Origin: Candidatus Limnocylindria bacterium
GTDB taxonomy: Bacteria; Verrucomicrobiota; Verrucomicrobiia; Limisphaerales; UBA9464
NCBI GenBank assembly: GCA_035493435.1
Contig: DATJII010000287.1
Span: 5,723-69,722 of the forward strand
Length of the DNA stretch: 64,000 nt
Reading direction: 5' to 3'
Of this stretch, positions 56,891 to 64,000 are shown in pieces. Positions within the stretch are counted from its first letter, which is position 1, and the number at the start of each line of letters is the position of its first letter. A program made the translations under genes and the position numbers. The notes beneath the pieces are model-generated. The model did not search any database and was not told the origin of the DNA. It saw nothing but the letters and a program-made list of their open reading frames with translations.

Positions 56891-56946
56891 ATCGTCATAC
56901 CGTCATATCGTCATGCCCAACGATGACGATATGACGGTATGACGAT
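56891..56946. repeat. Perfect 24 bp stem / 8 nt loop hairpin built from CGTCATA-like sub-repeats
   Basis: aTCGTCATACCGTCATATCGTCAT-gcccaacg-ATGACGATATGACGGTATGACGAt. I verified the arms base by base as exact reverse complements. Confidence 0.7.
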
Positions 56947-57285
56947 GAATTGGTGATGTAGCACTCGGGAGACGGGCAACCTGCAACCGGTGGTGCCACC
57001 GCCAAATGAACCCATCACCCCTGCCAAAGCGGCAGCTCCGACAAACCTACGCAACCGCACCCAAGCGTTTCGCGTTTTTCCGACAGGGCTCGAAAGTAAC
57101 TTTGTTCACGATATTCCCGTCTATTTCCCCGGTTGGTGCGTTATCCCTATGGGCTTGAACCCGTGGCGGCATCGGTCATGCTATCCATTGTCGCCCCCTA
57201 GGTTGGTTTGATCGGTCCACTATGGGCGAAGCTGGCTTGTCTATCCGTCCCGATGGCAGGCGAGTCGAGGTGAGGAAATTGTCTT

Positions 57286-58686
57286 ATGAACTTTGAAGGA
57301 TTGGCTGGCGACTGCGGTAAACGGGTCGCGTATCGGAACCGCCGTGAATTTTTGCAACGCACGGGAATGGGGATCGGCGGATTGGCACTGGCGCTCCTGC
57401 TGGACGAAACGGCAGGCCGAAATCGGGCGATGGCGGACGATTTCACCTCACTTCTCACCCGCAAACCGCCCTTGCCCGCCAAGGCCAAACACGTCATCCA
57501 CATCTTCGCCGGAGGCGCGCCCAGCCACATCGACACCTTCGACCCCAAGCCGGCACTCGAGAAATTCCGTGACCTGAGCTTGCCGGGACAAACCGGGGTA
57601 GGCTTCCCGTCGCCGTTCAAGTTCCTCAAGAGTGGCAAGAGCGGCCTGGAGATCAGCGAAATCTTCCCGCAACTCGGGACAGTGGCCGATGACCTTTGCG
57701 TCGTGCGTTCACTCTACACCGACGTGCCAGCCCACGGGGCCGCGGCCAAGTTGTTGCATACCGGCTCGATTACCCTTTCCCGTCCGAGTCTGGGCGCCTG
57801 GACCGTTTATGGGCTGGGAACTGAAAATGCCAGCCTGCCAGGATTTGTCTCGCTGGGAGGCAGCGCCGAATGGCGGCAAGCGGCGTTTTTGCCCAGCCTT
57901 TTCCAAGGCGCCAAGGCCGACTTCGCCCCCAACCGTCCGGTGGATAAGGTCCTGCTGAATCTCAAAAACGAGTTTTCCACGCGAGATCAACAGCGGCTTC
58001 AACTGGATCTCGTCCACAAGTTGGACGATCTCCACATGGAAAAGGCCCCGCACGACGAGCAATTGGAAGCCCGCATCGAATCCTTCGAACTGGCGTTCAG
58101 GATGCAGGCGGAAGCGCCGGAGGCCTTTGATATCTCCAAGGAGCCGAAGGAAATCCGCGACCTTTACGGCAAGGGTGACTTGGCCGCCAAACTTCTCTGT
58201 GCACGGCGCCTCGTCGAACGGGGGGTGCGTTTCGTGCAAATCGATGCCGGTGGCTGGGATCATCACGCCAATCTCGAGCGCGCCATCAAGGGCACCGCGG
58301 AAGCAGTCGACCGGCCTGCTGCCGCACTGATTGCCGATCTCAAAAACCGAGGTTTGCTCGATTCCACCCTGGTCATTTGGGGCGGCGAATTTGGCCGCAC
58401 TGCCACTGCCCCCGGCCGGGTGGGAGCGGAATCGGGCCGTGATCACCACTCGAAGTGCTTCTGTGCCTGGATGGCAGGCGGGGGGGTCAAAGGTGGAACT
58501 GCTTACGGCGCCACCGACGAACTCGGCCAGGACGTCGCGGAAAATGGGGTCCATATCCACGACTTCCACGCCACCGTGCTGCGTTTGCTCGGCTTCGACC
58601 ACACGAAGCTGACCTACCGGTACAACGGGCGGGATTTCCGCCTGACTGATAATTATGGCAAGGTCGTCGAGGGGGTCATTGCCTAG
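57286..58686 (+). CDS. DUF1501-domain (sulfatase-fold) protein with a Tat signal
   Basis: It has NRREFLQRTGMGIGGLALALLL, HVIHIFAGGAPSHIDTFDPKP and a C-terminal RLTDNYGKVV. Confidence 0.9.
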   Translation: MNFEGLAGDCGKRVAYRNRREFLQRTGMGIGGLALALLLDETAGRNRAMADDFTSLLTRKPPLPAKAKHVIHIFAGGAPSHIDTFDPKPALEKFRDLSLPGQTGVGFPSPFKFLKSGKSGLEISEIFPQLGTVADDLCVVRSLYTDVPAHGAAAKLLHTGSITLSRPSLGAWTVYGLGTENASLPGFVSLGGSAEWRQAAFLPSLFQGAKADFAPNRPVDKVLLNLKNEFSTRDQQRLQLDLVHKLDDLHMEKAPHDEQLEARIESFELAFRMQAEAPEAFDISKEPKEIRDLYGKGDLAAKLLCARRLVERGVRFVQIDAGGWDHHANLERAIKGTAEAVDRPAAALIADLKNRGLLDSTLVIWGGEFGRTATAPGRVGAESGRDHHSKCFCAWMAGGGVKGGTAYGATDELGQDVAENGVHIHDFHATVLRLLGFDHTKLTYRYNGRDFRLTDNYGKVVEGVIA

Positions 58687-58703
58687 TCCCGGTAGCGCGC
58701 ACC

Positions 58704-61676
58704 ATGAAAGCTTTTTCCCTTGCCGGGTTGTTGATCGCCGTCGCCACGCTGGCCGAAACCACCCCCGACCCCGCCAAACTGGCCTTCTTTGAAACGAAGG
58801 TTCGGCCGGTGCTTTCCGAGCACTGTTATAAGTGCCACAGCGGCATCGAAGGCAAGTCCAAGGGCGACCTGACCCTCGATACCCGGGGCGGCTGGGAAAA
58901 GGGTGGCGAGCATGGCCCGGCCATCGTCCCGGGCAAGCCGGACGACAGCGTCCTTTTCAAGGCCATTACCTATACCGATCCCGACCTGCGCATGCCGCCG
59001 AAGAAGGAAGGCGGCAAACTCAGCGACGCGGATATAGGAATCCTGCGCCAATGGATCGCCGAAGGGGCAGCCGATCCCCGAGAAGGCGCCGGAAAACGGC
59101 TCTCCGGCATGACGCCGGAGGCCCGCGCCCACTGGGCCTTCCAATCCTTGCACAAGCCGGCGGCGCCGGTGGTCAAGGACTCCACCTGGCCCAAGACGGA
59201 CATCGACCGCTTTGTCCTGGCCAAATTGGAAAGCAACCAGATGACGCCGAACGGACCGGCGGAAAAGGAAGCGTTGCTCCGACGGGCCAGCTACGACCTC
59301 ATCGGGTTGCCGCCCTCGGTCGACGAGATCAACGCCTTCCTGGCCGACACTTCCCCCAAGGCTTTTGAGAAGGTCATCGATCGGCTGCTCGATTCCCCGC
59401 AATATGGTGAACGCTGGGCCCGGCACTGGCTGGATTCAGCCCGCTACAGCGACACCACCGGACTTGTCGGCGATGGCGGCAAATCGCGTTTCGCCGATTA
59501 CCGTTACGAATATGCCTGGACCTATCGGGACTACGTGATCCGCGCCCTGAATGAAGACAAGCCATATAATCAGTTCCTGATGGAGCAGCTCGCGGCGGAC
59601 CAGCTCCCCGGGGTCGCCACGAACGACTGGCGCCTCGCCGCCCTGGGCTTCATCACCGTGGGCAAGCGCTTCGAGAATCCGGACGACCAGATCGACGAGC
59701 AGATCGACACCACCACCAAGGCGATGCTGGGACTGACCGTCTCCTGCGCCCGCTGCCACGACCACAAATTCGATCCCATCCCCACGGCCGACTATTATTC
59801 ACTTCATGGCGTCTTCGCCAACCTGTCCGAACCGATAGAGACCCCGGAAATCCCGTGTCAATTCGATCCCTCGGCGCGCGACGACTTCGAGCAGAAGCTC
59901 GCGGACCTGGAGAAGAAGAACCGCGATATACTTTACAGCGCCATTCACAAGATCATCGCGGATTTCCAGGCCCGTTCCGAGGGCTACCTGATGGTGCTGG
60001 CGATGAAACCACGGACCGTCGAGCGCTCCGACGTCGCGAAATCCTACCACGTCAACGGTGATGACTATCACGTGAAGGAAGTGCTCCGCTCGATCCGGCT
60101 GGGACCGGACAACCCGGTATTCGGCCCCTACGCCCGGCTCGCCCGATTGTCGACCAACGAGTTCGCCGAAAAAGCGCCCGAGACCCTGGCGAAGGCCCTC
60201 TCGGACCACAAGGTCACTGTTAATCGCCTGGTCGCGGAAGCACTGGTGGGCAAGAAGCCCCAATCCTTGCGCGAGGTGGCGCAAATCTATGCCGGCCTGA
60301 TGTCGAAAGTCTCGTCACAGACGGCCGAACTGATCCGATATCGCCGCACGGGCGCCGATCCTGCGGGCTTTTCTGACCCGGCGGTGGCCGAACTCATCGA
60401 ATCGGCCTGCGTGATACCCTCCGAGAAATCCATCGAAACCACGGAAAAACTCTCAGCCTACCTGAGCGGTGCCATGGCGAAGAAATCGGGCCAGGCTCCG
60501 CCACCGTTTGAACCGAAGACCGCCGACAGCTTCATTTTTTCCTCCATCAACCAGCTGCGCCTGACCCATCCGGGCGCACCCGGCCGGGCCATGCTCGTCG
60601 CAGACAAGCCAAAACCCGCCGAGAGTTATATCTATATCCGGGGCAACCGGAACAAGAAGGGGGCAGCCGTTCCCCGCCGATTCCTGGAAATCCTGAGTGA
60701 AGGCGACCGCCAGCCCTTCACCCATGGCAGCGGACGGCTCGACCTCGCGCGCGCCATTGGCAGTCCCTCGAATCCATTGACCGCCCGGGTGGCAGTCAAT
60801 CGCATTTGGATGCATCACTTCGGCGAAGGCATCGTCCGGACCGCGGACGACTTCGGGAACATGGCGGACAAACCCAGCCATCCGGAACTATTGGACTACC
60901 TCGCGGCGAAATTCATCGAGGACGGCTGGTCGATGAAGAAGCTGCATAAGGAGATCATGCTCTCCGCGGTTTACCAGTTGGGCAGCGACAACAATCCGGC
61001 CTTTGAGGCCAAGGACCCGGGCAATCGCCTGCTGTGGCGGGCCAACGTTCGGCGGCTGGATTTCGAGGCCATCCGGGATTCCCTCGTGCTGCTTACCGGG
61101 GAAATGGACCAGTCCATGGGCGGCAAGCCGGTCAACCTGACCGACGAGCCCTATAGCTACCGTCGCAGCATCTATGGTTACGTTGACCGCCGGAAGCTAT
61201 CGGACCTGATGTCCCAATTTGACTTTAGCGATCCCGAGATGGCCAACACCCGGCGCATCAGCACCATCGTTCCACAGCAGGCCCTGTTCTTCATGAATAG
61301 CCCGATGTCCGTGGACGTGGCCCGGCACGTGATGGACCGGGCTGAAGTCGGCGAAGCCACCAACGACGACCAACGCGTCACGGCGATTTACCGGGTCCTG
61401 TTCCAGCGCAAACCCCAGGCGCGCGAGATCCTCTGGGCGCGCGAATTCATAGCCCGCGCCGAACCGCTGCACTCGGAAAGCGGCAAATTCAAGCTGCCGG
61501 CCACGGCTTCCACCACGCCCCGGAAACGGAACGAGGGGAAGAAACCCCGGGAGATGAAGGACAAATACGCCGTCGTTCAAAACCAGGGGGAAAAGGTGGT
61601 CCGCGCCAACCTGACCGCCTGGGAAAGCTATACCCAAGCCCTGCTCTGCTCGAACGAATTCGCGTATATTTATTGA
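58704..61676 (+). CDS. PSCyt1 / DUF1549 (PSCyt2) / DUF1553 (PSD1) protein
   Basis: The PSCyt1 part has FFETKVRPVLSEHCYKCHS...MPP. The DUF1549 part has DRFVLAKLESNQMTPNGPAEKEALLRRASYDLIGLPPSVDEINAFL. It also has CARCHDHKFDPI and a DUF1553 C-terminal region. Confidence 0.9.
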   Translation: MKAFSLAGLLIAVATLAETTPDPAKLAFFETKVRPVLSEHCYKCHSGIEGKSKGDLTLDTRGGWEKGGEHGPAIVPGKPDDSVLFKAITYTDPDLRMPPKKEGGKLSDADIGILRQWIAEGAADPREGAGKRLSGMTPEARAHWAFQSLHKPAAPVVKDSTWPKTDIDRFVLAKLESNQMTPNGPAEKEALLRRASYDLIGLPPSVDEINAFLADTSPKAFEKVIDRLLDSPQYGERWARHWLDSARYSDTTGLVGDGGKSRFADYRYEYAWTYRDYVIRALNEDKPYNQFLMEQLAADQLPGVATNDWRLAALGFITVGKRFENPDDQIDEQIDTTTKAMLGLTVSCARCHDHKFDPIPTADYYSLHGVFANLSEPIETPEIPCQFDPSARDDFEQKLADLEKKNRDILYSAIHKIIADFQARSEGYLMVLAMKPRTVERSDVAKSYHVNGDDYHVKEVLRSIRLGPDNPVFGPYARLARLSTNEFAEKAPETLAKALSDHKVTVNRLVAEALVGKKPQSLREVAQIYAGLMSKVSSQTAELIRYRRTGADPAGFSDPAVAELIESACVIPSEKSIETTEKLSAYLSGAMAKKSGQAPPPFEPKTADSFIFSSINQLRLTHPGAPGRAMLVADKPKPAESYIYIRGNRNKKGAAVPRRFLEILSEGDRQPFTHGSGRLDLARAIGSPSNPLTARVAVNRIWMHHFGEGIVRTADDFGNMADKPSHPELLDYLAAKFIEDGWSMKKLHKEIMLSAVYQLGSDNNPAFEAKDPGNRLLWRANVRRLDFEAIRDSLVLLTGEMDQSMGGKPVNLTDEPYSYRRSIYGYVDRRKLSDLMSQFDFSDPEMANTRRISTIVPQQALFFMNSPMSVDVARHVMDRAEVGEATNDDQRVTAIYRVLFQRKPQAREILWAREFIARAEPLHSESGKFKLPATASTTPRKRNEGKKPREMKDKYAVVQNQGEKVVRANLTAWESYTQALLCSNEFAYIY

Positions 61677-61846
61677 GGGTGGGAAAGCGGGCGGTCGGCG
61701 AAACGGTTCGGCATGGGTTTCCTCAAACCTGTCGGACTGCCAAGAGAATCCGTCGCCGGGGCAACGCGACAGCGTCCCAGCGAAGCAGCCTGGTTTATTC
61801 CGGGCAACGGGTGTGGGAGGACGATGGGTATGACGAGAGCGCCGGC

Positions 61847-61994
61847 CGTCGTGGAGTGCAGGGGCAAGCAACGCGCGATACCACTTTGGCAAGTCGTGTC
61901 GTGCCTGAAGTCATATAGGACAATCGAACTCATACCACGCTCCAAAACGGTGTCGTCGCTGCGCTTTGCCACCGCACTCCACGACGCTTCGCGC
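61847..61994. repeat. Copies B and C of the repeat family in inverted orientation, forming a ~148 bp imperfect palindromic element
   Basis: B is CGTCGTGGAGTGCAGGGGCAAGCAACGCGCGATACCACTTTGG. The reverse complement of C is GCGAAGCGTCGTGGAGTGCGGTGGCAAAGCGCAGCGACGACACCGTTTTGG. About 50 nt separate the arms. Confidence 0.6.
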
Positions 61995-62049
61995 TTCGAT
62001 GGGCCGGTGGTCTATTCGGGGCAACGAGTCTTCAAGACCCACCGGTAAA

Positions 62050-62088
62050 CCAAAACGGCGGACTGCCGCACTCCGGGACGCTTCGCGC
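62050..62088 (-). repeat. Copy D of the repeat family (degenerate)
   Basis: Its reverse complement is GCGCGAAGCGTCCCGGAGTGCGGCAGTCCGCCGTTTTGG. It shares the GCGAAGCGTC..GGAGTGCGG..CGTTTTGG frame with copy C. Confidence 0.5.
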
Positions 62089-62228
62089 CGTTCCCGGCGC
62101 CAACGCTTTGCCCGGTTGTCCATATTGCTCAACACGCCTGTTGGCTCGACCTCTATCCGGGCAATTCCTTGCCGCCTCTCTTCCAGACCGGTAGCCTTGA
62201 CCCTCTTTTGACGGGCTACCGTCCAACC

Positions 62229-63317
62229 ATGAGGTTCCAGGGACTCGATTTACTGCGCGCTGCCGCCATTTTGCTCGTCCTGGGACGGCATTTTGAGAAG
62301 GCCCTGGAGGACTATGCCCCGATCCACGCTGCCCCCTTCCTGGAAGCTTGGCGTCACGGCGGATGGGTGGGAGTGGATCTGTTCTTCGCATTGAGCGGAT
62401 TTCTGATCGGCAACCTGCTGGTGACGGAATGGCGGAAGACGGGTTCGATCAGGCCCGGACGTTTCCTCGCACGGCGAGCCTGGAAGATTGTCCCTCCCCT
62501 GTACCTGATGCTGGGATTGACCGTGGCCCTGCGATGCACCTTCCGGCCCCTGGCGGTGGTGGCGCGGGAAGCCCTGGTGGATGCGGCGTTCTTAACTAAT
62601 TATTTACTGGGCGCCTGGGCGCATACATGGTCGCTGGCGCTGGAGGCGCACTTTTACCTCCTGCTCACCCTGGTGGCCGCCTGGCTATTGCGCGGGCGCC
62701 AACGGCTGGGGCCGTTCGTTTGGACGCTGGCTGGACTGGCCGCCTTGGTGCTGGCCATCCGCGCCTGTTTTCCGGCCACCGGTGAGCCCATGTCCCAGCA
62801 ATACTTCTTCCTGGAGTTCCCGACCCATCGGCGCATCGATTCGCTTCTTATCGGAGCGCTGCTGGCGTGCGCTTATTCCACGGAGGCCATCAGGGCGCGC
62901 GCCGCACGCATTGACGCCCATTGGTATCTGTTGGTGGGAATGGCCTTTTTAGCGCCGGCCTTCTGGATCTCAGACCGTTTGTTTCTGGGGTCCCCCTTGG
63001 GATTCACCTGGATTCAGGCAGGCACTTCGTCACTGGTGGCTTGGGCTTTGCTGAAGGCTCCCACGCCGGGCTTCCTCGCCGCATCCGCAGCCGCCTTGGG
63101 ACGCCATTCATACTGTATCTATCTTTTCCATTACCCTCTTTTTGGGCTCTGGGCCAAGCTACGGACCCGCTTCCATTGGGACCACGTTTATCTCGAACTA
63201 ATGACCGTGAGCGTGCTCGTGGTCGGAGTGGGGGTGGCGATTTCGCTCCTCTGGGAAGCCCCCTTGCTCCGGCTCAGGGAGAGATTTTTCCCCGCCACTC
63301 CGGCGCGGACAATTTGA
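62229..63317 (+). CDS. Acyltransferase family 3 (membrane O-acyltransferase)
   Basis: It starts MRFQGLDLLRAAAILLVLGRH and contains GVDLFFALSGFLI. About 10 TM helices are predicted. Confidence 0.85.
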   Translation: MRFQGLDLLRAAAILLVLGRHFEKALEDYAPIHAAPFLEAWRHGGWVGVDLFFALSGFLIGNLLVTEWRKTGSIRPGRFLARRAWKIVPPLYLMLGLTVALRCTFRPLAVVAREALVDAAFLTNYLLGAWAHTWSLALEAHFYLLLTLVAAWLLRGRQRLGPFVWTLAGLAALVLAIRACFPATGEPMSQQYFFLEFPTHRRIDSLLIGALLACAYSTEAIRARAARIDAHWYLLVGMAFLAPAFWISDRLFLGSPLGFTWIQAGTSSLVAWALLKAPTPGFLAASAAALGRHSYCIYLFHYPLFGLWAKLRTRFHWDHVYLELMTVSVLVVGVGVAISLLWEAPLLRLRERFFPATPARTI

Positions 63318-63449
63318 TTCGCCGACGGTAAGTGAAGATGTCACGAGCACCCGCGCCGGGAGAATTCTGCCCGCTTTTATTCAAAGGATTTTCACTCGCG
63401 CACGTATTTTCCCACTGGCCTTTCGCATTTTGCTGCCAATTCTTACAGG

Positions 63450-64000
63450 ATGCACCGCCTGTTGCGCGCACTGCTCGGATTATCCATTCCAGCAGCGGCT
63501 TTAGCCGCCGAGCTGCCGCCCGTCCCTACCCATCCCACCCGCTCGCTTTTCGATGGCCGCACGCTGGCTAATTGGGAGGGTGATCCAAAACTCTGGCGGG
63601 TGGAAAACGGCCTGATCGTAGGCGGATCACTGAAAGAGACGGTTACCCATAACGATTTCCTCGCCTCCAACGACCACTTCACCAACTTCGTCATCCGGCT
63701 CAAGTTCAAGCTCACGGGCACGGGCTTCGTGAACAGCGGCGTCCAGATCCGCAGCGAACGGGAACCCAACAGCCCGGAGATGGCCGGATACCAATGCGAC
63801 ATTGGCGATCCCAATTGGTGGGGCAGCCTCTATGACGAGTCCCGGCGCAACAAGGTTTTGGCTTGGTCGGACATGGCTGCCTTGGAGCCAATGCTCCATC
63901 GCGATGACTGGAACGACTACGTCATCCGTGCGGACGGAACGCGGATCACCACTTGGATCAACGGTGTGCTCGGGATGGACTATTTCGAGGTCGACCCGTC
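63450..64000 (+). CDS. DUF1080 (3-keto-disaccharide hydrolase-like) domain protein. It is partial and runs off the window, so it is absent from the ORF track.
   Basis: I translated it from the ATG at 63450. It has a signal peptide (MHRLLRALLGLSIPAAALAA). It also has LFDGRTLANWEG...WRVENGLIVGG...FVIRLKFKL...NSGVQIRS...GYQCDI, which is typical of DUF1080. Confidence 0.8.
   Translation, partial: MHRLLRALLGLSIPAAALAAELPPVPTHPTRSLFDGRTLANWEGDPKLWRVENGLIVGGSLKETVTHNDFLASNDHFTNFVIRLKFKLTGTGFVNSGVQIRSEREPNSPEMAGYQCDIGDPNWWGSLYDESRRNKVLAWSDMAALEPMLHRDDWNDYVIRADGTRITTWINGVLGMDYFEVDP

Noticed and set aside
1-64000. A scan for CRISPR arrays, rRNA genes, integrases or recombinases, and known multi-gene defence systems (restriction-modification, CBASS, retron, toxin-NTPase types).
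   Set aside because: I saw no regularly spaced direct repeats, rRNA-like sequence, tyrosine or serine recombinase motifs, or defence-system signature genes. The only toxin-antitoxin content is one vapBC-like pair and one decayed antitoxin.

Overview
The window is a 64 kb chromosomal segment, roughly 55-60% GC by eye, that most likely comes from the PVC superphylum (Verrucomicrobiota or Planctomycetota). Several gene families typical of that group support this: a DUF1501 plus PSCyt1/DUF1549/DUF1553 pair, two giant membrane-bound-dehydrogenase/HEAT/CxxCH heme proteins, a TIGR03067 lipoprotein, DUF1080, and a Sigma70_ECF sigma factor paired with a Ser/Thr kinase. No rRNA gene, intact tRNA gene, CRISPR array or prophage was seen.

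Most of the window is ordinary housekeeping or envelope genes:
- tonB-exbB-exbD
- MidA methyltransferase
- surA-pdxA
- photolyase
- DEAD-box helicase
- yggS
- cheA
- an ArsR/rhodanese/CoA-disulfide-reductase sulfur module
- a tetR-ABC1 kinase operon

Four patches look accessory or decayed:
1. 5.9-11.4 kb holds a vapBC pair, an alpha-L-fucosidase relic, an IS transposase tail relic, a scrambled orphan antitoxin, CotH, and a tRNA 3-prime-end-like fragment.
2. 15.7-17.6 kb is a gene graveyard. An intact, very GC-rich chloroperoxidase-type hydrolase sits between truncated ABM and DJ-1 fragments, next to a GIY-YIG mini-gene.
3. 22.2-24.1 kb is an AT-rich pocket with a single zinc-ribbon-DUF3800 gene.
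4. 37.5-41.9 kb is a lower-GC cassette. It has a 780 bp G-depleted, stop-free stretch followed by two paralogous secreted beta-helix proteins that share an unassigned C-terminal domain.

A short repeat family (core GTCGTGGAGTGCGGTGGCAAGCGCAGCG) and a perfect 24 bp hairpin flank the DUF1501/PSCyt pair.

I did not recognise a clear multi-gene system of a known or obviously new type. The beta-helix cassette and the DUF3800 pocket are the best candidates for follow-up. All family assignments come from reading motifs in the translated ORFs, and no database search was run.
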